Positions 18,420-27,882 of a stretch of DNA of 64,000 nt are shown one piece after another. The position numbers and the translations under genes were made by a program. Each line of letters starts with the position of its first letter. The stretch's first letter is position 1. Origin of the DNA: Minisyncoccota bacterium (GTDB taxonomy: Bacteria; Patescibacteriota; Microgenomatia; UBA1400; UBA12028); assembly GCA_016211945.1 (NCBI GenBank), contig JACRHV010000004.1, positions 2,649-66,648 of the forward strand, read 5' to 3'. Below the pieces are notes generated by a model, which did not search any database, was not told the DNA's origin, and saw only the letters and a list, made by a program, of their open reading frames with translations.

Positions 18420-20249
18420 ATGAAGAAAAATATTCTCTTTCTCTTGTATTGTACTTCATTTTTCCTCTTCTCAATTCCGCGTGAGGTTCAGGCTCAAGTT
18501 ATTTTTGAAGACCAATTTAATCGTCAAGACCTTACAGGATGGAAGACTATACGAAACTTCCAGTGGGGAAATCCCGTCGCCCCTTGTTTGGATGGTGGAC
18601 TGCCGGCATTGTGGCACATTTTTTTAGAAAGACTTGGAATTTCCATAAACGGTCCGGGGTGCTACACAGAGCTCATACCGGAAAATTTTCTTATTCCACT
18701 CGATACTGCGTTTCGCTATGAATTTGATATGACGATGCCAGAGTCAGCGATGATGGATCGAAACTACCTCGTTCAATATGTGGACTCAAACAATTGGTAT
18801 GTCGTAAAAATTCTAGGGAACTCTATTACATCTGGAAAACTTGCACAAGGTCAACCATGGCCAATGGCCGGCACTTCTGGCACCTATCCATTCGAAGCAA
18901 ATCGAACCTATCACATTGTGAATGAAACACTTCCCGATCATAGAAAACGAATTTTAGTGGATGGACAAGTGGTTGTTGATTTTATGGACAACGCCCCCTA
19001 TCTATCAGGGGGAACGGTGGGTGTGGCGGCAAGTGTTGGCGCCATTTCGCACTCCATCACCTGGTTTGACAACGTAAAGGTGTCTATTATTCCAGACCCA
19101 AATACGTTAAACGTTCCATATATGTCTCAACGCGATCCATTGTGGGCTCAAGACGAATATGATCACGCCGCTCAGTGGAAACCAGATAATTTCACGATAG
19201 ATCGGTGGGGATGCGCATTGACCGTGGCAACAATGGTGTTGCGATTTCACGGCATCACAGAACTTCCCAATCAGATGCCCATCACGCCATCTACTCTAAA
19301 TCAGTGGCTTCTTGACCAAAAAGATGGGTACGTTGGAAACGGTCTGCTCAACTGGATCTCGATTTCACGCCTCTCGTATATTTTTCATACAAAACACCCG
19401 GAGATACCAACTCTCGAGTATTCGAAAATGAGTATATCTTTGCCAAAGCTCTTCGATCTTTTTTCACGCCAAACTCCACCGATTTATCAACTACCCGGCC
19501 ATTTTGTTGTCGGCACTGCACCGGAAAAAAATGGATCCTGGCCGATACATGATCCCTTTTTCCAATCACGAACAACAACACCTCTCTCAAATATCCAGTC
19601 TCTTCGTGTATTTACCCCTTCGTTTACCAATCTCAGTTATTTACTTCTTGTCGCACCCCACGATGTTACTGTGCGCGTTCAACATAATGGCGTATTGTAT
19701 GATTCCCAACTCGAAAACTCTGTGTATGACCAAGATTCGCAAGAACCACTTGCTCCTCCCACGCAGATCGTTGAAATCGAAAAACCGGAAAAGGGACTCT
19801 ATACAGTCGAGGTTTCAAAATCTTCTCCAGGTTCTTTTTCTTTCTCGCTTTATTCATACTCAACTCAAGGCGAGGTTTTAGTTGAAAAACAAGAAGGAGA
19901 AATTTTCCACGGAGAGATAAAGAAATACCGGTTCACCTTTGATCAAGAAAATCTGCAAAATAATCTTCATCAATACATCACAATTGACGACCTAGAACAC
20001 ACAGTGCTTTCACTTCGAGAAAAGGACGATATTCAATCTGCATATTCTTTATATAAGCTGACAGATGTACTTCAATACTTACGATTACATCACTCCTCTG
20101 AGTTAATATTTGAGCGTTACATCAATCTATTCAAATACTACGTAATTAAAGAGGGAAGTGGAATAACAGATGGAGGAAAAGCAAAACTGCTTGAACAACT
20201 TTCTTTTGTGGCCCCTGCTGGACTCGGACCAGCGACCTTTCGAATGTGA
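18420..20249 (+). CDS. Secreted protein with an N-terminal beta-sandwich/lectin-like domain and a C39-like cysteine peptidase
   Basis: Signal peptide; FEDQF...GTVG...WFDNVKV; VPYMSQRDP, WGCALT (Cys), GHFVV (His), IHDP. Confidence 0.75.
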   Translation: MKKNILFLLYCTSFFLFSIPREVQAQVIFEDQFNRQDLTGWKTIRNFQWGNPVAPCLDGGLPALWHIFLERLGISINGPGCYTELIPENFLIPLDTAFRYEFDMTMPESAMMDRNYLVQYVDSNNWYVVKILGNSITSGKLAQGQPWPMAGTSGTYPFEANRTYHIVNETLPDHRKRILVDGQVVVDFMDNAPYLSGGTVGVAASVGAISHSITWFDNVKVSIIPDPNTLNVPYMSQRDPLWAQDEYDHAAQWKPDNFTIDRWGCALTVATMVLRFHGITELPNQMPITPSTLNQWLLDQKDGYVGNGLLNWISISRLSYIFHTKHPEIPTLEYSKMSISLPKLFDLFSRQTPPIYQLPGHFVVGTAPEKNGSWPIHDPFFQSRTTTPLSNIQSLRVFTPSFTNLSYLLLVAPHDVTVRVQHNGVLYDSQLENSVYDQDSQEPLAPPTQIVEIEKPEKGLYTVEVSKSSPGSFSFSLYSYSTQGEVLVEKQEGEIFHGEIKKYRFTFDQENLQNNLHQYITIDDLEHTVLSLREKDDIQSAYSLYKLTDVLQYLRLHHSSELIFERYINLFKYYVIKEGSGITDGGKAKLLEQLSFVAPAGLGPATFRM

Positions 20250-20282
20250 ATCGAACGCTCTAGCCAGCTGAGCTAAGGAGCC
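20209..20282 (-). tRNA. tRNA-Val(CAC), T-loop variant TCCGAGT, no encoded CCA
   Basis: On the minus strand: acceptor GGCTCCT/AGGGGCC, D-arm GCTC/GAGC, anticodon arm TTCGA-TTCACAT-TCGAA. Confidence 0.9.
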
Positions 20283-20325
20283 ACTTGCACGTCACCGGAT
20301 ATTTTAGCATAATGCTGTGTACGCT

Positions 20326-20910
20326 ATGTTCGGTAATTTCTTTTCTTCCGTCGGCGAATTTTTTTTGGAGATTACCCAAACAGTTGTTGTTGTACTGTCT
20401 ATTTTTCTCATTCTCTATCTCTTTATCATGCAGCCTCATCAAGTCAACGGCCTCTCCATGTATCCAAACTATGAAAATGGCGACTATCTACTTACAGACA
20501 AAGTAAGTTATAAAACTGGCATGCCGCAACGGGGAGATGTTGTCGTTTTCCACGCACCGGAAGCCGCACAATGTCCAACAGGAACGGGCTGTGATTTTAT
20601 TAAGCGCGTCCTTGGACTTCCAGGAGAGTCCGTAGAGGTAAAGGATAATGGCATCTGGATTAACGGACATAAAATAACCGAGCCATACATCCCAGAAGAA
20701 AACTACACACGCCCCGGAGCGTTCACACAAAACAGGGTAATTACACTTGGACGAAACGAGTATTTTGTCTCAGGAGACAATCGTCCACATTCCAGCGACT
20801 CACGCGCATGGGGACCTATTACGCCAAAAGAGATTGTTGGAAAAGCATTTTTTCGGTACTGGCCGCCAAAAAGTTTTGGCATGTTCCCCGTCTATACATA
20901 CGCGTTCTAA
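20326..20910 (+). CDS. lepB: Signal peptidase I
   Basis: GLSMYPN (Ser), FIKRVLGLPG (Lys), GDNRPHSSDSR. Confidence 0.95.
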   Translation: MFGNFFSSVGEFFLEITQTVVVVLSIFLILYLFIMQPHQVNGLSMYPNYENGDYLLTDKVSYKTGMPQRGDVVVFHAPEAAQCPTGTGCDFIKRVLGLPGESVEVKDNGIWINGHKITEPYIPEENYTRPGAFTQNRVITLGRNEYFVSGDNRPHSSDSRAWGPITPKEIVGKAFFRYWPPKSFGMFPVYTYAF

Positions 20911-20912
20911 TA

Positions 20913-21743
20913 TCACGCTGCGAGCTTGAGGATAATATCAAGTTTTTCTTGTGTTTTTTCCGGATCGCCCTTTAGCGCAATGACGACCTTTGTTTCACGT
21001 TTTGATCGCGTCAACTTCACTTTCGAATGATCTCCAAATACCTTCTGCAGTTTATGCGCCCATTCATCAATCTCTTTACTGACCATGTACGGCCGATGTC
21101 CTGGGTTGGAAGCGAGTGGTTGACCTGATTTTGCTTTCATCCGCCTCGCGAGGTCTTCTGCGCGACGCACAGAACCATTCTCCTTTAAGATAATCTTGTA
21201 GGCCTCTACCATGAGTCGGTCGTCATCGATGCTTGCAAGAGCTCTGGCATGCCCTTCACTGATCATCCCGCCCAACAGTCCGTCTTGAAGCGCAGGCGGC
21301 AGTTTCAACAATCGCATAGAGTTTGAAACATATGACAGAGATTTCCCAATGCGCTCCGCAATTTCTGTAGTCGTTAATGAGTAATCACGTTGCAGTCGTT
21401 CAAATGCTTGTGCGCGATCAAGAGGGTTTAAATCAACGCGCTGCACATTTTCAATGATCGCCATCTCGAGCATTTCAGACGGAGTTGTTTCTTTAATGAT
21501 TGCAGGCACCGTTTCTAATCCTGCGAGCTTTGATGCTCGCCATCTGCGTTCGCCAGCGATAATCTGATATCCGGCGGGGGTATGTGCAATAACGAGTGGC
21601 TCTATGACACCATACCGTTTAATAGAATCAACAAGCTCGGCAAGCTCTTCCGCAATAATCGTCCCTCTTGGTTGAAGCGGGTTCGGCTGCAGATGATCAA
21701 TTAAGATATGTTGGACAGTTTGCGGTTGTATCGCGTTTGACAT
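20913..21743 (-). CDS. parB: ParB/Spo0J chromosome partition protein
   Basis: PNPLQPR, IIAGERRWRA, ENVQRVDL, HTH, GHARAL. Confidence 0.95.
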   Translation of the reverse strand: MSNAIQPQTVQHILIDHLQPNPLQPRGTIIAEELAELVDSIKRYGVIEPLVIAHTPAGYQIIAGERRWRASKLAGLETVPAIIKETTPSEMLEMAIIENVQRVDLNPLDRAQAFERLQRDYSLTTTEIAERIGKSLSYVSNSMRLLKLPPALQDGLLGGMISEGHARALASIDDDRLMVEAYKIILKENGSVRRAEDLARRMKAKSGQPLASNPGHRPYMVSKEIDEWAHKLQKVFGDHSKVKLTRSKRETKVVIALKGDPEKTQEKLDIILKLAA

Positions 21744-21755
21744 AGATAGCTCGCG

Positions 21756-22007
21756 TTACTTTTGCAAAACGTTAATAACGGTCTTGCCAAATTTTTTGGT
21801 AAATGTAACGACACCGTCAATAATGGAAAACAAGGTATGATCTCTTCCTACACCGACATTTTTCCCGGCTTTATACACGAGGCCGCGCTGACGAATCAAC
21901 ACCTGACCTACTCCGACTTTTTCGCCGCCAAATTTCTTGACCCCTAGTCGTTTCCCCGGCCTTGGTTGTCCCTGTCGTGTTGTACCACCCGATTTGACGT
22001 GTGCCAT
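21756..22007 (-). CDS. rpmA: 50S ribosomal protein L27
   Basis: [25 protein letters not shown]. Confidence 0.97.
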   Translation of the reverse strand: MAHVKSGGTTRQGQPRPGKRLGVKKFGGEKVGVGQVLIRQRGLVYKAGKNVGVGRDHTLFSIIDGVVTFTKKFGKTVINVLQK

Positions 22008-22013
22008 AGTCTT

Positions 22014-23177
22014 TTACTCCTTCAGTCTATAAACATACAACGCCCGTTGAACCGATGCGTGTAGTTTTGTGTATAAAAATGGACCCTTTTCACGAGTATA
22101 GCCAAGTGATTCTAGCCTGTCAATGAGTGTCTGTACAGTTTTCACGCTTTTTCCAACAGTGACTTCCGGAAAAGCGATGACAACGCAACCCTTCGGTTTA
22201 AGTATTGTTTTCCATTGTTTAAATGCTCCAATATATAACTTTTCTAGACCTCGAAGCATATTCTGTACGCTGGTTGGTGTTGGATTTGGCTTGCCAAGAA
22301 ATGGCTCTGTCACGATACAGTCCACTTTTTCTTTTGTTTCCTTCAGCGTCACTTGTGTTGCGTCTTGAACACTTAACATATACTCACCTTGAGCATTAAA
22401 TTCCTTACTGAGCCAAGCCAAATTTTCACCTGCACCATGAACAGCATCTGTGTCGAGATCGCTACCAGCAACCTTCATATGCATGAGTAACGCCTCCATC
22501 ATAATGGTTCCAGTCCCGCAAAACGGGTCAAAGAGATACAAATCTTTTGGATCTTGACTACCTGCCGCGAGGTTAATTAGTGTACGTGCCAATTTCGGCG
22601 GAATCATCCCTTTTTTCTTATCTCTATAGGGTTTCTCCATGTCACGTTTACTCCAATGATGCACGTGTTGAACGGCGACTGTTTTTGCCAAAATAGTCTG
22701 CGTTTTTGTGTGAATAAAATGGTATTCAGAAACATCCCCCTCTAAGAGAAGGCCTGCTTCTGCACCCGTACGTGCTACCTCGATAAATCGAGCAGAAACT
22801 CCACGTTTTATCAGTTCCTTTTTCATTGTCTGTGGTGAAACTGCGTCAAGATGGTTTCTGCCGTGTTCGGCAATACAAAATGTTTTGCGCGCCTTGTTTG
22901 TTTTCTCTTCTGCGATCCATGCGCTCGCCAATTCCTCAAGTGTTTCTGTTTTTGCGCTGGGCAGAGTTTCAATATACTGTGCAATTTTTACGACACCGCC
23001 GAGCGTATCCATGAGGGCTTGCGGTTGTGTTGAATCCTGCAGTTCTGCTGAAACCACATCCGGAACTTCATCCGAAACAACCGTGATGGATGTTTCGTCC
23101 TGAAACCGGGAAAGAACAACTTTAAGTTCTTCCAAAGATAACTCTCGTTGTCTTCCAAGAAAAAATAGATATTTCAT
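22014..23177 (-). CDS. Trm11/THUMP-like SAM-dependent RNA methyltransferase
   Basis: GMIPPKLARTLINLA, DPFCGTGTI, GSDLD, IVTEPFLG. Confidence 0.8.
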   Translation of the reverse strand: MKYLFFLGRQRELSLEELKVVLSRFQDETSITVVSDEVPDVVSAELQDSTQPQALMDTLGGVVKIAQYIETLPSAKTETLEELASAWIAEEKTNKARKTFCIAEHGRNHLDAVSPQTMKKELIKRGVSARFIEVARTGAEAGLLLEGDVSEYHFIHTKTQTILAKTVAVQHVHHWSKRDMEKPYRDKKKGMIPPKLARTLINLAAGSQDPKDLYLFDPFCGTGTIMMEALLMHMKVAGSDLDTDAVHGAGENLAWLSKEFNAQGEYMLSVQDATQVTLKETKEKVDCIVTEPFLGKPNPTPTSVQNMLRGLEKLYIGAFKQWKTILKPKGCVVIAFPEVTVGKSVKTVQTLIDRLESLGYTREKGPFLYTKLHASVQRALYVYRLKE

Positions 23178-23188
23178 GTCGGTACTTC

Positions 23189-23506
23189 TTACTTTGCGGA
23201 TATTGCGTCGATACGAAGAACCGTCTCGAATTGGCGATGTCCGTGCGTCTTGCGTTCTTTCGATTTCGCCTTATATGTCGCAACTCTAATCTTCTCGCCT
23301 TTACCGTGAGAAAGCACAGTTGCTTTTACTTTTGCACCAGTAACACGTGGAGCTCCAACCTCGATTCTGCCATCATGCACAAAAAGTAAAACATCTTCGA
23401 TTGTAAGCGCAGACTCTGCAGGTTGATCCATTCGATCAACGGTCAACTCCATGCCCTCTTCCACACAAAACTGTTTTCCCTGTAGCTGTATAACTGCGTA
23501 TTTCAT
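23189..23506 (-). CDS. rplU: 50S ribosomal protein L21
   Basis: YAVIQLQGKQ, HGKGEKI, GHRQ. Confidence 0.97.
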   Translation of the reverse strand: MKYAVIQLQGKQFCVEEGMELTVDRMDQPAESALTIEDVLLFVHDGRIEVGAPRVTGAKVKATVLSHGKGEKIRVATYKAKSKERKTHGHRQFETVLRIDAISAK

Positions 23507-23518
23507 TTCGGCATTGTA

Positions 23519-24577
23519 TCAGACAAAACCTCGTATTTCAACCAGATGTCTCGACCGATTTGCCTTGTAGGCACTCGCGAGTAAGCCAAGAGCAAAGAAG
23601 ATCGAAACAATGGAACTTCCACCTAAAGAAAGGAGGGGAAGTGTCACGCCAGCTATGGGGAGCAAGCCGATATTCATACCGATATTCATCATTGTTTGTA
23701 CAGATAACGCTCCAACAATGGTCAGTGCAAGACCTTTTCCTGCTGGATCGTGGATACGAAAAGACAGATGAATGAGTGAAAAAAAGAAAAGGAGATAAAG
23801 AAGAAAAAGAAGTAAAACCCCGACAAATCCCAGTTCCTCGGCATAGGAAGCAAACATGAAGTCTGTTTGCCGTTCTGGAAGAAAACGTAAACTTGATTGT
23901 ACGCCGTGTCCCAACCCTCGGCCAAAGAACTTGCCAGAGCCCACTGCAATGATTGCCTGCTGTGCGTGATATCCTTGCCCCAGTGTGTCACTTGCCGGAG
24001 CCAAAAATGAGAATAATCGCTGTTTTTGATAGTCATGAAACACGAATGTCCAGCCAATGGTCCCAAACAAACTCATCAAAAAAACGAACATACCGAGTGT
24101 TCTTGCGGAAATACCGCATGTATAGAGAGACAAAAATGTGATAACAAGCAAAATAAGTGCCGTGCCTAAGTCCGGCTGAATGAAAACAAGAAAGATTGGC
24201 AATAGTGCGAAAACTAACTGCCAGATTTTCTTCTTCTTTGAGTAAAGAAGTGTACAGAGATATAAGGCTAAGATAGGTTTTGTCGCCTGAGATGGTTGAA
24301 ACTGAGCAGTCCCGACCGCAATCCAACGAGTAGAACCATTTGTAGTTTTACCTAAAGCGAAAGTGAAGACTAATGAAGTACAAACGAGAATAAATAATAA
24401 AATTGACCATTTTTTCCAAAAAGAAAAAGGGAGAGAAGAGGTTATTCCATAGGTAATAAAGCCAAGGGTAAATGCAAAGAACTGAGAAAATACGCCCTGC
24501 GGATAGATACTTTTCAACATGACAAGTGACAGACATGCAAAAAGTAGGGAAAGAAAGGGAAGGACAACCTTCGTCAT
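23519..24577 (-). CDS. rodA: SEDS peptidoglycan glycosyltransferase RodA
   Basis: GSTRWI, QPS, QPDLGT, YQKQR, LPERQTDF, LPLLSLGGSS. Confidence 0.9.
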   Translation of the reverse strand: MTKVVLPFLSLLFACLSLVMLKSIYPQGVFSQFFAFTLGFITYGITSSLPFSFWKKWSILLFILVCTSLVFTFALGKTTNGSTRWIAVGTAQFQPSQATKPILALYLCTLLYSKKKKIWQLVFALLPIFLVFIQPDLGTALILLVITFLSLYTCGISARTLGMFVFLMSLFGTIGWTFVFHDYQKQRLFSFLAPASDTLGQGYHAQQAIIAVGSGKFFGRGLGHGVQSSLRFLPERQTDFMFASYAEELGFVGVLLLFLLYLLFFFSLIHLSFRIHDPAGKGLALTIVGALSVQTMMNIGMNIGLLPIAGVTLPLLSLGGSSIVSIFFALGLLASAYKANRSRHLVEIRGFV

Positions 24578-27390
24578 AGTACAATCTTTGGTGTCGCACC
24601 TTGCGTTAAGGTAAGGACGAGTGTCCTCTTTTTAATTTCTCCCTCGTACTGTTTAGGCCATGACGGAAGTTGCACACTAACTTTTTGATCAAACGCGACT
24701 CCCGCTTCTTTTCGCAAATCTTGAATTATACGAATAACCTCGCGCATCTCGCCTTTGGCACGTAGTTCTGGGGTCAAATGTGCATCGAGTACAACCTCAA
24801 TTTTGTCTGCAACACGTAGTGTTGTTTTTTCTACATTAACCTCTGTCTGAAGAAGGTGGAGAAGTTCTTCTTCTACCATCTTTTGAGCAGTGAAACTCAA
24901 TTCTGCGAGCGGCTGACGAACCTTTATGTTTAATACTTTACGAACGGCATGCGCTTTTTCCGCAACCAATCGTACAATCTCCATCTGTTCTTCAAGTTTA
25001 TCATCGAATCTTGACTTATCCACTTCAGGCCATATTTCCAGATGAATAGACTCTTTTTTTCCATGCTTCATGTGCTGATATATCATCTCAGGGAAGAATG
25101 GGGTGATTGGGGCAAAAAGCTTCGCAACTGTCAACAATACCCAACCAAACACCTGACTTACCTCCAGATTTGTCGATTTGTCGCGAACCCTATCTCTACT
25201 TTCGCGTAGATACCACGTAGAGATCTCATTGATAAAGGAAATAAGGACGCGGGAAGCAGCCACAACATCATATGCATCCATGTCATGCGAAACTTCTTCT
25301 ACAATATGCATTGTTCTGGACACGATCCATCGATCCATGACGTGTGTTATTTTCTGTGGCAAATCGGAAGTGTGTGTTTCGTTTGCGTAGAGTTTGTAAA
25401 ACGCAAATACATTCCACCAAATGCCAAATACCTTTTTTCGAAGTTCATTGACAGAATCTTCACTAAAGTTTAAGTTATCCGCCTTCATCACCGATGAACT
25501 CATGAGATACAGACGAAGAGAATCCACACCGTGTTTTTGAATGAGGACCATAGGATCCGGATAATTTTTTTTCGACTTACTCATTTTGGAGCCATCCTCT
25601 GCCAAAATTGTTCCAGTGGTCACCGCATTTTGGAACGAAGGTTTGTTAAACAAGCCAACAGACAATACATGTAGTGTATAAAACCAAGCACGCGTTTGTG
25701 CGATGTATTCGGAAATAAATTGGGCAGGATAACTCGCCTCAAATTTTTCTTTGTTCTCAAATGGATAATGAATCGAGGCATACGGCATAGACCCTGACTC
25801 TACCCAGCAGTCGAAAACATCTGGAATTCGCCTTCCTTTTTCTGTTTTTTCGTCGTCTACCCAAACTTCAAGGTCATCGAGAAACTCACGATGGTAGTCT
25901 TTAAGTTTTTGGACACGAGCAGGATCAACTGCCCATTCTTTCAGTTCTGCATAAGAAGAGAGTATCCGCTTATGTCCTGTTTTCTCTCCCACCCAAACTG
26001 GCATTGGAGTTCCCCAATATCGTGAGCGAGAAATGTTCCAGTCGGGAGCAGTTTCAAGACCCTTGCCAAATCGTCCATGTTTCAGAAAATCGGGGTACCA
26101 ATTGATCGGTTCGTTTTGTTTCACAAGGTCGTTCTTTATCTTTTGAATATTGATAAACCATGCGGGAACAGCGCTGTAATACAACGGTGTAGAACACCTA
26201 TAGCAAAATGGATATGAGTGCGTTGTTTTTTCCGCGACATACATGAGATTACGCTTTGTTAAGTCATCAATCACCCAGTCTTCAGCTTTTTTATAGAATA
26301 CACCTTTGAGCGGCTCAACAAATGATAAAAATCTCCCCTGATCATCCATTGTTGGTACACATGGGAGATCAAGTTTTTGCGCAAGTTTGTAATCATCCTC
26401 ACCGTAGATCGCTGCGGTATGCACAATGCCCGTCCCATCTGTTAAACTCACAAAATCTGCGGAAGCAATATAGTGTGATTTCTTACCTTCTGTCGGCATG
26501 TATGTGTAAAGCGGCTCGTACAATCTACCAACAAGGTTAGAGCCGTGTATTGTTTTCTTTACCACAATAGGCTCTGCTTTAAACACTGTCTTCACCAAGT
26601 CTTTTGCAACCCACAAAAGTTCTTTATTGTGCTCAATCTGCACATATTCAGCCTTTTCATCAACAGCCAACGCAACATTTCCGATCAGTGTCCATGGCGT
26701 TGTAGTCCAGGCAACAAAATACTCGTCTTTATTGTCTGTAGAGCGAAACTTTACATAGACAGAGTTATCCTCGACATCTTTATATGAATTATCCATGGCG
26801 ATCTCGAAGTTTGAAAGTGGCGTTGCACATCGCGGACAGTACAAGATGACTTTTCTTCCTTCATACACGAGTCCCTTTTTGTGAAGTTCTGCAAACGCCC
26901 ACCACACAGACTCCATATATGTGTTATCCATGGTTTTGTATGAGTTCTTAAAATCAACCCACCGCCCCAATCGTTTAATAATGACTTCCCAATCTTTGTC
27001 GAATCGTAAAATCGCAGCACGACAAGCCTGATTAAACTTGTCTATTCCCATCTCTTCTATGCCCTTTTTCCCGCCCTTGAGGGCGAGTTCCTTTTCGATT
27101 ATGTTTTCAATAGGTACACCATGACAATCCCAACCCCACACACGTTCAACTCGATACCCTTTCATAGTCCAGTAGCGTGGAACAACATCCTTGATCGTTG
27201 AAGCCAAGAGATGCCCGTAATGTGGCAGGCCTGTTGCAAACGGTGGGCCATCATAAAAAATATACGGCTTATTATTGGGACGTTGGTCTACTGATTTTCT
27301 AAACACATCGGTCTCATCCCAGTGACGTAGAACCTCTTCTTCAAGTTGAGGAAGGTTGGGTTGGTGTTGAAAATTATCAATTTTTTTCAT
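24574..27390 (-). CDS. ileS: Isoleucine--tRNA ligase, type 2 (IleRS2)
   Basis: DGPPFATGLPHYGH, GWDCHG, WTTTPWT, WNISRSRYWG, KMSKS; IleRS2-type C-terminus REVIRIIQDLRK. Confidence 0.97.
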   Translation of the reverse strand: MKKIDNFQHQPNLPQLEEEVLRHWDETDVFRKSVDQRPNNKPYIFYDGPPFATGLPHYGHLLASTIKDVVPRYWTMKGYRVERVWGWDCHGVPIENIIEKELALKGGKKGIEEMGIDKFNQACRAAILRFDKDWEVIIKRLGRWVDFKNSYKTMDNTYMESVWWAFAELHKKGLVYEGRKVILYCPRCATPLSNFEIAMDNSYKDVEDNSVYVKFRSTDNKDEYFVAWTTTPWTLIGNVALAVDEKAEYVQIEHNKELLWVAKDLVKTVFKAEPIVVKKTIHGSNLVGRLYEPLYTYMPTEGKKSHYIASADFVSLTDGTGIVHTAAIYGEDDYKLAQKLDLPCVPTMDDQGRFLSFVEPLKGVFYKKAEDWVIDDLTKRNLMYVAEKTTHSYPFCYRCSTPLYYSAVPAWFINIQKIKNDLVKQNEPINWYPDFLKHGRFGKGLETAPDWNISRSRYWGTPMPVWVGEKTGHKRILSSYAELKEWAVDPARVQKLKDYHREFLDDLEVWVDDEKTEKGRRIPDVFDCWVESGSMPYASIHYPFENKEKFEASYPAQFISEYIAQTRAWFYTLHVLSVGLFNKPSFQNAVTTGTILAEDGSKMSKSKKNYPDPMVLIQKHGVDSLRLYLMSSSVMKADNLNFSEDSVNELRKKVFGIWWNVFAFYKLYANETHTSDLPQKITHVMDRWIVSRTMHIVEEVSHDMDAYDVVAASRVLISFINEISTWYLRESRDRVRDKSTNLEVSQVFGWVLLTVAKLFAPITPFFPEMIYQHMKHGKKESIHLEIWPEVDKSRFDDKLEEQMEIVRLVAEKAHAVRKVLNIKVRQPLAELSFTAQKMVEEELLHLLQTEVNVEKTTLRVADKIEVVLDAHLTPELRAKGEMREVIRIIQDLRKEAGVAFDQKVSVQLPSWPKQYEGEIKKRTLVLTLTQGATPKIVL

Positions 27391-27405
27391 AATTCCTTTA
27401 TATAC

Positions 27406-27552
27406 AAAAATACCACGTTTCATCCCAAAGGACGATGAACGTGGTTCCACCTTACTTACTTCTCAATCCTGCTGTCTCGGGCTTACCCGGATCGGTCTAG
27501 TCACCACCACTGGCTTTCTTCGATCTGCACTCCGGTGATAGCGGAGTAATGC
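27406..27552 (-). ncRNA. ileS T-box riboswitch with ultrashort Stem I (ATC specifier), Stem II, Stem IIA/B, antiterminator and terminator
   Basis: Stem I 27527-27552, loop CT-ATC-AC; Stem II 27490-27525; CGGGTAAGCCCG 27478-27489; T-box AAGGTGGAACCACG 27440-27453; hairpin plus T-run. Confidence 0.85.
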
Positions 27553-27580
27553 TAAATAGTTTGTGATATATCATATCATA

Positions 27581-27880
27581 TTATTTGGATGCTGAGCAAA
27601 AAACTGAGGAACAGACATGATGTGATGAACAAGAGTAATATACAGCGTTTTCTCCTCCACTTTTAAAGTGTGCCATATCTACTAAAATAGGCGTTTGGGG
27701 CACGTTACATTTTGCATGGAGTTGTAAAAATAGGTTTGGATTGAGTCCATTGCATTGTTGTAAGCGTGCTGTAATTTCATTACGAGGATATGGACTTTGA
27801 TTGTTGTAATATTCTGCGATCAGTCCTGTCAGAGACATTCGCACAAGCGCTTCAGCCGTTACACTTTCTGTGATTACCAT
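27581..27880 (-). CDS. Small Cys/His-rich hypothetical protein
   Basis: ATG 2 bp after the ftsZ stop; fills the gap up to the T-box leader. Confidence 0.5.
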   Translation of the reverse strand: MVITESVTAEALVRMSLTGLIAEYYNNQSPYPRNEITARLQQCNGLNPNLFLQLHAKCNVPQTPILVDMAHFKSGGENAVYYSCSSHHVCSSVFCSASK

Positions 27881-27882
27881 AC

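Noticed and set aside
20991-21006. parS-like TGTTTCACGT inside parB
   Set aside because: Only 10 of 16 bases match; the second arm (TTTGAT) breaks the palindrome
27391-27450. Longer ileS start at 27450, and longer glyQS start at 53446
   Set aside because: The extensions lie within T-box terminator and antiterminator RNA; the downstream ATGs have RBS-like sequences
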